In this document: one piece after another, positions 1 through 10,369 of the stretch
Layout: each line of letters starts with the position of its first letter
Position numbering within the stretch: position 1 is the stretch's first letter
Assembly (NCBI GenBank): GCA_043808155.1
Contig: JAZDFD010000001.1
Coordinates: 1 to 64,000 of the forward strand
DNA length: 64,000 nucleotides
Source: Candidatus Iainarchaeum sp.
Lineage (GTDB): Archaea > Iainarchaeota > Iainarchaeia > Iainarchaeales > JAZDFD01
Direction of reading: 5' to 3'
Notes under the pieces: generated by a model
What the model was told of the DNA's origin: nothing
Seen by the model: only the letters and a program-made list of their open reading frames with translations
The model's database searches: none
Program-made: the position numbers and the translations under genes

Positions 1-81
1 ATAGGCGCTGCCTCTGTTTTAGCCAAAAATGCCAGAGATATTTCAGAAGATAAAAAAATAAGAAAGAGCTGGAAAAAATAA

Positions 82-194
82 TATTACCGCGGGATTTTAA
101 TCCCGCACATATTTCGGAGCCCTATTTCAGCAAAGCTGAAATGGGCACATTTCACACAAAGTGTGAAATCGTGCAACCGTACGAAATCGGTTAG
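82..194 (+). repeat. Composite palindromic repeat (module A plus B/C-type hairpins)
   Basis: TATTAC-CGCGGGATT-TT-AATCCCG-CACATA at 82-111; hairpin ATTTCACAC-AAA-GTGTGAAAT; GCAACCGTACGAAATCGGTTAG resembles 17983-18004. Confidence 0.75.
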
Positions 195-703
195 GCACTG
201 CCCTTGTTATAAGCCAAATCATGAATTTTCTGTTTCAAATCTTCAGTTTCTTCTTCGCGTGATTTATGAGAAAAATCGTTTAATTCTTCCAATCTTGCAA
301 CCCTGTCTTTTAGTGCTTCAAGTTCTATTTTTGTGTTATTCTTTTGATTTATCAGGGAATCTAATTTCTCTTTGATTTTTCCATTTTTTACTTCATCTTT
401 TTCCAAAGTTGCTTTTCCGATTTTTACGATTGCATTTTCCATTGCATCTAATCTTTGGTGTGCCATAATTATTTTTTCATTCAAAGCCTGAGTTGATGCA
501 TCGGGCAAACTTTGGCTATTGAAATTTCTTCCTGGTGGTGACTGCACAGGATACCCTGATTGATCATCACTAGGTTCGAATGTTTGATATGATTCTTCAT
601 TATACGACTCGTCAGTCTTTTTATTAGAAGATTTTGTAACTGCAAGAAATAAATTTCCCAAAACAAGCGCAATTACTACTATGATTAGAAATGTTGTCAG
701 CAA
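191..703 (-). CDS. Membrane-anchored coiled-coil hypothetical protein
   Basis: N-terminal TM helix, low-complexity linker, heptad-rich C-terminus. Confidence 0.7.
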   Translation of the reverse strand: MLTTFLIIVVIALVLGNLFLAVTKSSNKKTDESYNEESYQTFEPSDDQSGYPVQSPPGRNFNSQSLPDASTQALNEKIIMAHQRLDAMENAIVKIGKATLEKDEVKNGKIKEKLDSLINQKNNTKIELEALKDRVARLEELNDFSHKSREEETEDLKQKIHDLAYNKGSA

Positions 704-755
704 ATTTATCCCCTCCCCGTATACAAATAGCGTAGATTATGTTTTTATTTGTTTA

Positions 756-1499
756 CTAGAAATTGAAGAATTTCTTTGCGTTTTCAGTAGTGGTTTCAGC
801 AACATTTTTAAATGGAATTCCCTTAATCTCAGCTATTTTCTCAGCAACCCACTCAATCCAGCGTGATGTTGATTCCTTGCCCTGAAATGAAACAGGGGCA
901 TCAGATTCAAGCATTAAATTTGAGAGAGGAATTTCCTTTACAATTTCCTGAACAGCAATGCTTTGAATTACTGCAGGGCCTACGGAAATAAAATAACCTA
1001 AATCAACTGCTTCTTTAACTTCTTCAATACTATTGGTAAACCAGTGCATTAAAACAGGAGTATTTGCGTGCTGTGTTAAAGTCTGCAGAACTTCTTTTCC
1101 GCAGAAGCGTGAATGCACAACTAATGGTTTTTTTTCAGCACGTGACATTTCAATAAAATCTAAGAAAATATTTTTTTGCAGTTTTTTTTGTTCATCACTT
1201 ACTGCATGTTTGTAATCTAAACCTATTTCGCCAATTGCAACTGCTTTATCTAAATTCTTTCTTACAATTTCTTTTCCTTCTTCAATGTCCGCAGCTGACA
1301 TTCGTAGGATATCACTTGGATGCAAACCCAGACAGATTTTAACTTCAGGGAACATTTCAGGGAGAAGCAGATGTTCCTTTATGGATTTAAGACTCGTAGC
1401 ACAGGAGACCATGTTTGTTACTCCATGATGTTTTGCGTCTTCAACAACCTGTTTTTTATCTTCAAACCAGTCAAGATGGCAGTGTGAATCAATAAGCAT
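756..1499 (-). CDS. tatD: TatD family nuclease
   Basis: DSHCHLD, GLHP, AIGEIGLD, VHSR, HWF and LESDAP motifs. Confidence 0.95.
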   Translation of the reverse strand: MLIDSHCHLDWFEDKKQVVEDAKHHGVTNMVSCATSLKSIKEHLLLPEMFPEVKICLGLHPSDILRMSAADIEEGKEIVRKNLDKAVAIGEIGLDYKHAVSDEQKKLQKNIFLDFIEMSRAEKKPLVVHSRFCGKEVLQTLTQHANTPVLMHWFTNSIEEVKEAVDLGYFISVGPAVIQSIAVQEIVKEIPLSNLMLESDAPVSFQGKESTSRWIEWVAEKIAEIKGIPFKNVAETTTENAKKFFNF

Positions 1500-1646
1500 A
1501 CGGGGATATTAGGCAAAAAAAGTTTTTAATGCTATTTAATTTCATAAACTGGAAAGGAGGGGGGGGCACCTGCATAGATTTTTAAACATTAGACGATTTA
1601 TGATTCATAAGATTGATGAAAACATGCTTAATTAATAAGTGAAAAA

Positions 1647-2381
1647 ATGGAACTTGAAAAAATAACTCATCCTGATGGCCTGTATTATTGGCGATGGATA
1701 AACACAGATTATCTACCTTATGGCTGGCTTGAGGAATCAGAACTTAAAGATCTTCCTGTGCCTTTTCTTATGCTTTATATTCACCCTGACTGCAAAGTGG
1801 GTGTTGTGACAGAGCTGAAAGATGAAATTACAAATATAATTCCACTTACAACTTCTTTTGCAGAACTTAAAATAGATCCTGATTTAAGAAAAGACCTCAG
1901 AAGGATTGAACATAAAAATGAAAATACAAAAATAATATTCAATGAAGAAAACGCATTTGAAAAAAGTCAGAAATGGTTTCTTGACCAATGGAAAGAAGAA
2001 GAAGCAGATTTTGAAAGGCGAAAAATGATATGGCGCAAAGTAGCATATACATTAAGTGCGTATCAGGGAGATCAGCTCTTAGGCGTGCATATTGCAATGG
2101 AAGAAGGCGACACAGTTTATTATCTTGGATGCTGGTGGGACCGAACCTTCAAAAATCTGTCAGTCCCTACTTTTCTTCTAAAAAGGGACATTGAAAAAGC
2201 GATTGATGAGGGGAAAAAGTTTTATGATCTGGGAATAGGGGATGAACCCTACAAAAAACAATGGATGGTTATTGAAAAACCAACAAAATATTATGCAGTA
2301 GTTCCGAAAAAACTTGCGGAAAAATTTGAACTTAAAAAATATCGTGAAGTCAGTCTTGAGGAACTTGAAACACAAAAATGA
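1647..2381 (+). CDS. GNAT/FemAB-like acyltransferase-fold protein
   Basis: C-terminal IEKAIDEGKKFYDLGIGDEPYKKQW signature. Confidence 0.7.
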   Translation: MELEKITHPDGLYYWRWINTDYLPYGWLEESELKDLPVPFLMLYIHPDCKVGVVTELKDEITNIIPLTTSFAELKIDPDLRKDLRRIEHKNENTKIIFNEENAFEKSQKWFLDQWKEEEADFERRKMIWRKVAYTLSAYQGDQLLGVHIAMEEGDTVYYLGCWWDRTFKNLSVPTFLLKRDIEKAIDEGKKFYDLGIGDEPYKKQWMVIEKPTKYYAVVPKKLAEKFELKKYREVSLEELETQK

Positions 2382-2455
2382 TGGAATAACTTAAAAACAT
2401 TTATGTGTTATAATATCAAAGTAAAACTATACTTTTGAAATAAGGTCTTAAAAAC

Positions 2456-4798
2456 ATGGAAACTACAACCGCATTCCCAAAAAATTTTCTTTTTGTTTCA
2501 ATAGATGCTCTAATTTCTGACATCGCGTGGGTTATTTCCCGAGAAGGTCACAATGTAAAATATTATATTGGCTGTCCAGAAGACAAGGAAGTTGCCAATG
2601 GTTTTGTTGAGAAAGTTGATGACTGGGAAAAAGAAGTTGAATGGGCAGATGTGATTGTTTTTGATGATGTACTTGGAGAAGGGACTAAAGCAAAAAAGCT
2701 TCGTGATTCAGGCAAATATGTTATTGGCGGAACACCCTACACTGACCAGCTTGAGGATGACAGAGCGTTTGGGCAGGAAGAACTTAAAAAATACGGAATA
2801 AATATTCTGCCTTATGTGAATTTCACTTCTTTTGGAGATGCAATTGAATATGTGAAGAATCATCCTGACAAATATGTGATAAAGCCCAGCGGAGACGCTG
2901 GAAATATAAAAGGTCTTCTTTTCGTTGGTGAGGAAGACGATGGACGGGATGTAATCCAAGTGCTTAGTGACTATAATAATGCATGGTCAGATAAAATTCA
3001 GATGTTCCAGCTTCAGAAAAAAGTTTCAGGAGTTGAAGTTGCAGTTGGCGCATTTTTCAATGGTAATGAATTCATTTATCCTATCAATGTTAATTTTGAG
3101 CACAAAAAACTTTTTCCAGGAAATTTGGGGCCTTCAACAGGTGAAATGGGATGTTATGATGACCAGACCGAAGTTCTCACAAAACAGGGGTGGAAATATT
3201 TCAGCGAACTTAATTATAATGATGAATTGTGCACATTAAATCCAGACACACATGAAGTTGAGTATCATCTCCCTGACAACATAGTTGAATTTAACCATCA
3301 CAAAAAACTTGTTTCAGTTCAGAACCAGACACTTGATGTAATGGTTACTCTTGACCATAACATGTATGTTGCAAGCCAGAATGATATAAGAAGGGGAATA
3401 GAAAATTTTAAATTTGTTAAAGCAAAAGATTTAGAATATCAGTCTGTGATAAAAAGAACGGGTGCATGGAAAGGAGTCGCAGAGACTGTTTTTGTTCTGC
3501 CTTCAGTGGAAATAGGGCATTACGAAGGAAACCAAGTACAAGTACATAAATCTGCAGAAATAGAAATACCGATAGATCAGTGGGCATCATTTTTTGGTAT
3601 ATGGCTTGCAGACGGTTATACATCAAATAATAAAATAGGTATTGCACAAAAAAAAGAACCAAACACATCTGAAATAAGAAAACTGCTTGAACCAATGCCC
3701 TTTAAGTTTTCTGAAAATGAGAATGAATTTTATATGTACAGCAAACAATTGTCAGATTATTTGGGGCAATTTGGAAAAGCTTATGAAAAATATGTGCCTG
3801 AGTTCATAAAGACGCTTCCCCCTGAAAAAATTGAAATTTTCCTTAACTGGTTTGCACTTGGAGATGCAACAAAAATGAAAAGCGGGCATAGGATTTTTTA
3901 CACGTCTTCCAGAAGAATTGCAGATGACATACAGGAACTTCTTCTTAAATGTGGCAGAGTCGGCATTATAAAAACAAGAAATCCACGAGGGAAAGTATGG
4001 ATAAAAGACCATTATACTGAGTCTTCAAGAGTTCAGTATGAAATACACGAAAGAGTAAAAAAAAGGGATTCATGGATTGACAAAAGAGATATGAAAATAG
4101 TTGATTATGATGGGATTGTTTATTGTGCAACAGTGAAAAATCACATAATGTATGTCAGAAGAAACGGGAAGCCTTACTGGTGTGGTAATACATCAATGTT
4201 CTGGAGCGGACCAAACAAACTTTTTAACCAGACTCTTAAAAAACTTGAAGCAAAACTTGCAGAGGAAAAATATGTGGGTTATATTGACATAAACTGCATT
4301 GTAAATAATCACGGGATTTATCCTTTGGAATTTACTGCAAGATTTGGTTATCCCACAATAAGCATACAGCAAGAAGGAATGATTTCACCTATAGGTGATT
4401 TTTTTTACGCACTTGCGAAAGGTGAAATACCAAAATTCAAAACAAAAAGTGGTTTCCAGATTGGTGTGAGAATTGTTGTTCCGCCTTTTCCTTTCCAGGA
4501 CCCGGAAACATTTGAAGTTAAATCAAAAGATTCAGTAATCTTTTTCAAAAAAACTCAAGAAGGCGTGCACATTGAAGATGTTAAAATTGTAAACGGAGAA
4601 TGGGTTGTTACAGGAACTTCAGGTGTTATTCTTATTGTATGCGGAACCGGCTCCACAATGAAACAGGCACAAGCCCAAGTTTACAGCAGAGTAAAAAATA
4701 TCATGATTCCAAATATGTATTACAGAACAGACATCGGGGACCGATGGTATGAAGACAGTGATAAACTCCACTCATGGGGTTATCTGAGAGAAATGTAA
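2456..4798 (+). CDS. purD: Phosphoribosylamine-glycine ligase-like ATP-grasp protein (PurD-like) with intein
   Basis: EHKKLFPGNLGPSTGEMG, LEFTARFGYP and YYRTDIG PurD motifs; 434-aa extein after intein removal. Confidence 0.85.
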   Translation: METTTAFPKNFLFVSIDALISDIAWVISREGHNVKYYIGCPEDKEVANGFVEKVDDWEKEVEWADVIVFDDVLGEGTKAKKLRDSGKYVIGGTPYTDQLEDDRAFGQEELKKYGINILPYVNFTSFGDAIEYVKNHPDKYVIKPSGDAGNIKGLLFVGEEDDGRDVIQVLSDYNNAWSDKIQMFQLQKKVSGVEVAVGAFFNGNEFIYPINVNFEHKKLFPGNLGPSTGEMGCYDDQTEVLTKQGWKYFSELNYNDELCTLNPDTHEVEYHLPDNIVEFNHHKKLVSVQNQTLDVMVTLDHNMYVASQNDIRRGIENFKFVKAKDLEYQSVIKRTGAWKGVAETVFVLPSVEIGHYEGNQVQVHKSAEIEIPIDQWASFFGIWLADGYTSNNKIGIAQKKEPNTSEIRKLLEPMPFKFSENENEFYMYSKQLSDYLGQFGKAYEKYVPEFIKTLPPEKIEIFLNWFALGDATKMKSGHRIFYTSSRRIADDIQELLLKCGRVGIIKTRNPRGKVWIKDHYTESSRVQYEIHERVKKRDSWIDKRDMKIVDYDGIVYCATVKNHIMYVRRNGKPYWCGNTSMFWSGPNKLFNQTLKKLEAKLAEEKYVGYIDINCIVNNHGIYPLEFTARFGYPTISIQQEGMISPIGDFFYALAKGEIPKFKTKSGFQIGVRIVVPPFPFQDPETFEVKSKDSVIFFKKTQEGVHIEDVKIVNGEWVVTGTSGVILIVCGTGSTMKQAQAQVYSRVKNIMIPNMYYRTDIGDRWYEDSDKLHSWGYLREM
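3152..4189 (+). mobile_element. 346-aa intein with LAGLIDADG endonuclease domain
   Basis: Starts CYDDQTEVLTKQGWK; VTLDHNMYV block B; FGIWLADG and WFALGDA endonuclease blocks; ends YVRRNGKPYWCGN followed by Thr. Confidence 0.92.
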
Positions 4799-4840
4799 AA
4801 TCAGACCATACTTTTAATTCTATTGCCTATAAATTTGTTA

Positions 4841-5434
4841 ATGAAGAAGTTCTTTTTTTCAGATTTTGAAATTTCAGTTCTGGACAAAGTTTACGAACCA
4901 AAAGAAGACTCTGAACTTTTGGCAGAAGTGTTAGGGCGTGAAGATTTACAAGGAAATAGCGCTCTCGACATGGGGACTGGTTCTGGCATCCAAAGTATTA
5001 TTCTTGCAAAGAAAGGTTTTGATGTTACTGCTGTTGATGTTAATGCACGCGCACTGGACAATGTGGACATTAATGCAGAGGCATTTGGTTTTGAAGAAAA
5101 AATTCACGTTTTGAAAAGCGACTTATTTGAAAATGTTTCCGGAAAGTTTGATGTTATTATTTTCAATCCCCCTTATGTTGAAAGTGAAACTCTGAAATGG
5201 AAAGAAGTTGACGGCGGAAAAAAGGGAAGGGAAGTACTTGACAGGTTTTTGCAGGGGGTTGCTGACTTTTTGAATGACACAGGAGTTTGCTATTTTCTGC
5301 AGAGTTCGCTGAATGGGATTGAAGAAACTGAAAAAGTTTTGAAAACACAGAATTTTAAATTTGAAAGTATTGCAAGAAAGAAGCTGTTCTTTGAGGAGCT
5401 AATTGTTTTTAAAGTCTCCCAGCACCTCAGATAA
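4841..5434 (+). CDS. HemK2/PrmC-like methyltransferase
   Basis: VYEPKEDS, LDMGTGSG and FNPPY motifs; ATG start at 4841 preferred. Confidence 0.9.
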   Translation: MKKFFFSDFEISVLDKVYEPKEDSELLAEVLGREDLQGNSALDMGTGSGIQSIILAKKGFDVTAVDVNARALDNVDINAEAFGFEEKIHVLKSDLFENVSGKFDVIIFNPPYVESETLKWKEVDGGKKGREVLDRFLQGVADFLNDTGVCYFLQSSLNGIEETEKVLKTQNFKFESIARKKLFFEELIVFKVSQHLR

Positions 5435-5455
5435 ATGAAACAAAACATTTATATA

Positions 5456-5489
5456 TTAGTTAATAACTAATTATTATTAGTTAATAACT
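5456..5489. promoter_or_regulatory. Tandem palindromic operator of the TA cassette
   Basis: TTAGTTA-A-TAACTAA at 5456-5470 repeated at 5477-5489, just after TTTATATA. Confidence 0.6.
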
Positions 5490-5496
5490 TTTAGTG

Positions 5497-5775
5497 ATGA
5501 ATATGTTAAAACAAATACAAAAATTGGAACACTCCCCAACTCTTAATACTGTTTTAATGGTTGAAAATACTCTTAAAAATTTAGACGACAGTATTGTGAC
5601 AATTGCTGAACTTAAAAGAAAACTCCCTAAACAAATCAACCACAATATTTTGAAAATCATCCTTGAATATTTAGAAGATAGCAATAAAATCGCAGTCAGT
5701 ATTAAAGGAATAACATGGATTCACAACAGAAATCCTGTTTTAAGAAAAGCAATTTCGCAGGGTCTTGAATTATGA
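5497..5775 (+). CDS. wHTH-like putative antitoxin
   Basis: Overlaps the toxin start; paralog of 61241 (HSPTLNTVLMVE vs HYPRLDTVLMIE). Confidence 0.65.
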   Translation: MNMLKQIQKLEHSPTLNTVLMVENTLKNLDDSIVTIAELKRKLPKQINHNILKIILEYLEDSNKIAVSIKGITWIHNRNPVLRKAISQGLEL

Positions 5776-6125
5776 AAACAGTACGAGTAATTCTTTCTCC
5801 CGAAGCGGAAGAGGTTTACAAATATCTTAACAGCGAGGCGGTTAACTCCAAAACAGAAAGAACGATTCTCAATGCAGTAAATAAAAAAGTTGAGCTGATT
5901 AAAGCAAATCCGCATTATGGAAATCCCATAGCCAAAAGATTGATTCCAAAAAAATATAAAGAAAAATATGATATTAACAACCTGTTCAGAATTGAACTGC
6001 CAAATGCATGGAGGATGCTTTATTCCCTAACAGAAGGGGAAACAAAAATAGAAATCATTGCTTTTGTTCTTGATTTGATAGACCATAAAAGATACAATAA
6101 AAAATTTGGCTATAAAAAGAAATGA
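5772..6125 (+). CDS. RelE/ParE-like toxin
   Basis: NPHYG...LFRIELPNAWRMLYS...DHKRY pattern. Confidence 0.75.
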   Translation: MKTVRVILSPEAEEVYKYLNSEAVNSKTERTILNAVNKKVELIKANPHYGNPIAKRLIPKKYKEKYDINNLFRIELPNAWRMLYSLTEGETKIEIIAFVLDLIDHKRYNKKFGYKKK

Positions 6126-6172
6126 TTTTGAGGAGCTAATTGTTTTTAAAGTTTACAAACATTAGTGATACT

Positions 6173-7327
6173 ATGACTACGAATGTGACTTATGAGTATG
6201 CAAATGCTAAAGAGAAATACGATAATGCAAAAACTCCTGAGGAAAAAATGCTGGCACTGCAGGAAATGCAGAGAACCGCACCCGCACACAAAGGCGGAGA
6301 AAAACTAAGAAAAGAAATCTCAAAAAAAATGCTGGCACTGAAAAAGCAAATGATAAAAAACAGGGAACAGCAAAAAAAAGCAGGCTCATCTTCTTCCGGA
6401 ATGAATGTAAAAAAAGACGGCATAGGGCAGGTTATTTTAGCAGGTTTTGCAAACACAGGAAAAAGCACATTACTCAATAAACTTGCGAAAACAGATGTTG
6501 AAGTTGCGCCTTATCCTTTCACAACAACAAAACCCGAAGTGGGAATGGCACCATACAAAGGTGCAGGACTTCAGGTTGTTGACCTTCCGGCATTAATGAA
6601 AGGCTCGAGTGAAGGAAAAGCCTCCGGAACACAATTGCTTTCAATAATAAGAAATTCAGATGAAGTTGTTTTTGTGCTTAAGGGAAGTAACGCACTCCGC
6701 GAATTCAAAACACTCATGAAGGAAGTCGAAAATGTCAATATGAAATTCAATCAGGAACGACCAAAAATCAAAATTGAAAGGTCTAATTTTAAAGGGGTTA
6801 CAATTTCAGGAAAACAATTCCTGAAAGTTAAGGAAGATGCATTAATTGGTTTTTTGAAAAGCATTGGTTTTCACCATGCATCTGTTGTTTTGTCAGAAGA
6901 CACTACTCTGGAAAAAGTTGCACAATCCATGAATGATACATTAGTTTACAAAAAAGGATTTTTCATCATAAACACTTTTTTTGGTGTACCCTCCCCAAGA
7001 GATATTCAGAAAATAAAGAAAGTTGCAGATGTTATTGAAGTAAATTCACTTGATGAGGAAGAAATTGAAAAAATAAAAGACATGATGTTTGAGAGACTGA
7101 ATAAAATTCTTATTTACACAAAAAAACCAGGCGGAAAAGTGGAAATGGAACACCCGCTTATTTTAGACATCGGAAGTAAAGTAGAAGACGTGCCAGAACA
7201 TCTTCACAAAGATTTTGCAAAAAATCTAAAATTCGTTAAAGTATGGGGCTCTGCAAAATATGACGGACAAAGAGTTTCAAAAGATTATGAATTAAAGAAT
7301 TTAGATATTATTGAAATTTATTCCTGA
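6173..7327 (+). CDS. DRG/OBG-family GTPase with TGS domain
   Basis: GFANTGKST, YPFTT, DLP and VWGSAKYDGQRV motifs; start at MTTNV. Confidence 0.93.
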   Translation: MTTNVTYEYANAKEKYDNAKTPEEKMLALQEMQRTAPAHKGGEKLRKEISKKMLALKKQMIKNREQQKKAGSSSSGMNVKKDGIGQVILAGFANTGKSTLLNKLAKTDVEVAPYPFTTTKPEVGMAPYKGAGLQVVDLPALMKGSSEGKASGTQLLSIIRNSDEVVFVLKGSNALREFKTLMKEVENVNMKFNQERPKIKIERSNFKGVTISGKQFLKVKEDALIGFLKSIGFHHASVVLSEDTTLEKVAQSMNDTLVYKKGFFIINTFFGVPSPRDIQKIKKVADVIEVNSLDEEEIEKIKDMMFERLNKILIYTKKPGGKVEMEHPLILDIGSKVEDVPEHLHKDFAKNLKFVKVWGSAKYDGQRVSKDYELKNLDIIEIYS

Positions 7328-8169
7328 GAATCAGAATCTGAAGCAACTGATTTTTTATTAGAAAAATGCAGGAATACAAAGATAGCTAAAAGCGCAAGTA
7401 ATCCGCCTGCGATATACAATACAAAACTTCTGTCTTCAACAATTAAATTAAAATTTTTTTGGAATCTGTGTTTTTTACCTTCTAAATCATAGGAAAATTC
7501 AAGCATCACACTGTTGTCTCTCTGTGTTTTTGGTTCTACACTGAATTCCAGGAAAGCATCTATTTGTTTGTCTTCAGGCGTTATCTGGGCAACTGAAAAA
7601 TTATCTGACCGCTGAGAAAGACCTGTCTGAAGTTTTAAATTAGCAGAAAAATTATCAATATTTTTTTCAGATGTGTTTTTTATTGAAAATATTAGTTTGT
7701 TATAGCTTCCGGGGTCTGTTTGAGGGGTTTCAAGCTGAGCCATAACGTCAATCGGATTTTCAATCACATTTAAATAAGTTGTACTGGATTTTGAATATTC
7801 TTCCAGACCATAGTAAACTGAAATATTATAATTTTGGGGAAGTGCGTTTCCGTTTGGTTTTAATGTGAATTCTAAAACTTTCTGTTCGCCTGCTTTTAAA
7901 TCAATGAGAAAATACTTTTCTTTTTCTTCTTCAAAATCGAAAATTAATACAATGCCGTCCTGAGGCATGACCTTGAGTTTCAGTTCTTCATAATCAGAAG
8001 CAGAAGAATTGAAAATAGTTATTTTGTAATGTGCAATTTCTTCAGGATACAGGGAAATCACTTCTTCAGCAGAAATTGGTGCTAAATCAACTAAAAGCTG
8101 GGCATTTGCAGAGGAAATTAAACTAATCAAAATCAGGAATACTGCTAAGTTAATACTTCTGCCAGCCAT
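7318..8169 (-). CDS. Exported Ig-like/S-layer-type protein with C-terminal TM
   Basis: Signal peptide, beta-rich repeats, C-terminal TM helix. Confidence 0.7.
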   Translation of the reverse strand: MAGRSINLAVFLILISLISSANAQLLVDLAPISAEEVISLYPEEIAHYKITIFNSSASDYEELKLKVMPQDGIVLIFDFEEEKEKYFLIDLKAGEQKVLEFTLKPNGNALPQNYNISVYYGLEEYSKSSTTYLNVIENPIDVMAQLETPQTDPGSYNKLIFSIKNTSEKNIDNFSANLKLQTGLSQRSDNFSVAQITPEDKQIDAFLEFSVEPKTQRDNSVMLEFSYDLEGKKHRFQKNFNLIVEDRSFVLYIAGGLLALLAIFVFLHFSNKKSVASDSDSQE

Positions 8170-9475
8170 CTAACTCAACTTCGTCTCTTTCATCAGTCTT
8201 TTCATCCAAACGCATTAAAGAAGCAAATTTGCCCCTGTTTCTTATAACATATATTACTGCAATAATTATTAATAATCCTGCACCAACATAAAATAACAGT
8301 GTGGTGTCGACTTCATCATCTTCTTTTACACCCGCCTTGTAAATTAAAATCACAGACTCTTTTATGTCGGGAATTATACTTTCTGAAAGATCGTATTTTT
8401 TCGTTCCGAGATATGAGTTCAGTGTGTTCCATCGTGTTTCAAGTTCAATAACTTTTACATCTTCTGCCCATAAATAACGGTTATATTCGTGAAGAATTGT
8501 TTCTACTCCCTGACTTAAACTTGTGAATCCTGTTTCTTCACTTAATTCAGTATCAACACCGTAAACAGAATTGTACACATTATTTTTCTTAATTCTTGTT
8601 CCTAAGTTTCCCTGATAAACTTCGGTTTTTGAAACTGCAGTGTTGTAAATTTCATTTATTTTTTCGTCTCTTTGTGTAGCGTTGATTGCAAGCACATTAA
8701 TTCTTGAAAAACGCGATGGTACTGCGGAAACTGAAGTAATAAATTTTCTCGTGGACAGGGGAATTTGGGTTAATTGTGATACATCAAGATGGAAAGAACG
8801 CAGGTCATCTTCATATTCTTTCCTGCTTGTATCTAAGTTCTCAAGAGTATCAAATGCATCTTCAATTTCTGCAATTAAATCAACAGTTGCATTCGTGTCA
8901 GGATTATTAAAATAATCTAATTTTGATTCGACAACAGAAGTTATTTCATTTGAAAGCGTGTTTGAAGTTGCAACCATCAATGTTAATTTTGAAATTAAAG
9001 AATCAACATCAATCTGCAGACTTTGATATTCTGCAAGTTCTGTTTTAACACTTGAAAGATCTATTTTTTCAGTAGATAATTCATTTGCTGTGTCTGACAT
9101 AAATTTTGAATTTGCACTTGTAAAAAGCCAGGCATCTGAATCCCATGAATAATCTTCATCAAGTTTTGTGAATTCTCTGAGGAAATAAGCTGTTTTGAAA
9201 AGATTTCTCTGGGTAATAGATTGCACAGGTATGTCTAAAGATGCAACTGACAAGGGAATGAAATCAACTAATGCATTGTTTGAAGTTACTGAAACAACCC
9301 AGTATGATTTTTTATCGTTTTTTATCTGAACTTCAGGGGAAATTATTGCTTTTTCCACACTGTCCAGATAATATTCTCCGGTAACATGATTTATTGCATC
9401 CTGAGATGAAAAATCTGCATAAACAGGAATGGCGAAAATCACCAGAATCAACACAAAGAATATTCTTTTAATCAT
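8150..9475 (-). CDS. Exported helical protein with C-terminal TM
   Basis: Signal peptide MIKRIFFVLILVIFAIPVYA; C-terminal TM helix. Confidence 0.7.
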   Translation of the reverse strand: MIKRIFFVLILVIFAIPVYADFSSQDAINHVTGEYYLDSVEKAIISPEVQIKNDKKSYWVVSVTSNNALVDFIPLSVASLDIPVQSITQRNLFKTAYFLREFTKLDEDYSWDSDAWLFTSANSKFMSDTANELSTEKIDLSSVKTELAEYQSLQIDVDSLISKLTLMVATSNTLSNEITSVVESKLDYFNNPDTNATVDLIAEIEDAFDTLENLDTSRKEYEDDLRSFHLDVSQLTQIPLSTRKFITSVSAVPSRFSRINVLAINATQRDEKINEIYNTAVSKTEVYQGNLGTRIKKNNVYNSVYGVDTELSEETGFTSLSQGVETILHEYNRYLWAEDVKVIELETRWNTLNSYLGTKKYDLSESIIPDIKESVILIYKAGVKEDDEVDTTLLFYVGAGLLIIIAVIYVIRNRGKFASLMRLDEKTDERDEVELDGWQKY

Positions 9476-9521
9476 TCTAATAGAGTAATCTTTTATTATA
9501 TTAAAATATATAGGTGAAATA

Positions 9522-10205
9522 ATGAAAGCAAACATTGTAATGATTGAGCCTGAATACCCGGGAAATATAGGGCTTATATGCAGGGTAATGAAAAACTTCG
9601 GATTTTCAGAGCTAATTCTTGTGAATCCCCAAATTGACCATCTGTCAGGGGAAGCTTACGCGCGTGCAATGCATGCTTCAGATGTTCTGAAAAAAGCCAA
9701 AATAGTTAGTTCTTTGGAAGAGGCAATTTCAAAAAGTGAATACGCAGTGGCAACAACTGCAAAAATAACTAAAGGACACAAGTTATTCAGAACTCCTTTA
9801 ACAGCAAAAGAATTTGCAGATAAATTTTTAGAAGGTAATGCAAAAGTTGCAATTGTTTTGGGACGAGATTCTACAGGACTTACAAACTCAGAAATCAGAG
9901 CCTGCGATTTTGTTGTTCACATTCCCGCATCAAGACAATACTCTACACTTAATATTTCACATTCTGCAGCAGTTATTCTTTATGAGTTATTTCAGAAAAC
10001 AAGCAAGCGTGAATTTAAAACTGCAGACACTAAAAGCAGAAAATTACTTATTGATAAATTTGAGAAATTCATCAGAAACCAAAGTCACATCAAAAACAGA
10101 AAAAATCTGATGATCGCCTTTAAAGGCCTTGTTTCTCGTGCAATGATAACAGATAAGGAAGCTTCTTCTCTTATGAGTGCTTTTGATGATAAGAGCAACA
10201 AATAA
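9522..10205 (+). CDS. trmJ: TrmJ/LasT family SPOUT RNA methyltransferase
   Basis: PGNIGLICRVMKNFG, GRDSTGLTN and STLNISHS motifs. Confidence 0.9.
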   Translation: MKANIVMIEPEYPGNIGLICRVMKNFGFSELILVNPQIDHLSGEAYARAMHASDVLKKAKIVSSLEEAISKSEYAVATTAKITKGHKLFRTPLTAKEFADKFLEGNAKVAIVLGRDSTGLTNSEIRACDFVVHIPASRQYSTLNISHSAAVILYELFQKTSKREFKTADTKSRKLLIDKFEKFIRNQSHIKNRKNLMIAFKGLVSRAMITDKEASSLMSAFDDKSNK

Positions 10206-10243
10206 AAACATAAGCGCAACCCTTACATATGTGCAAACCCATC

Positions 10244-10369
10244 GCGAGCTAAAGCGAGCGTATGGGTTATAGCTCAAGGATATCGCCTTGGCGAGCTAAA
10301 GCGAGCTAGTGTCAGTGCAACTGACACGCGGACTCGCCGGCCGTTCGGCGAGCTCGAGGATATCGCCTT
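10244..10369 (+). repeat. Composite palindromic leader of tRNA-Trp (modules B and C)
   Basis: GTGTCAGT-GCA-ACTGACAC hairpin plus CTCGCCGGCCGTTCGGCGAG; 42 nt identical to the reverse complement of 15171-15212. Confidence 0.85.

Larger units (their letters stand above)
5390..6152. mobile_element. TA cassette bounded by a 26-bp direct repeat
   Basis: TTTGAGGAGCTAATTGTTTTTAAAGT at both 5390-5415 and 6127-6152. Confidence 0.8.
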
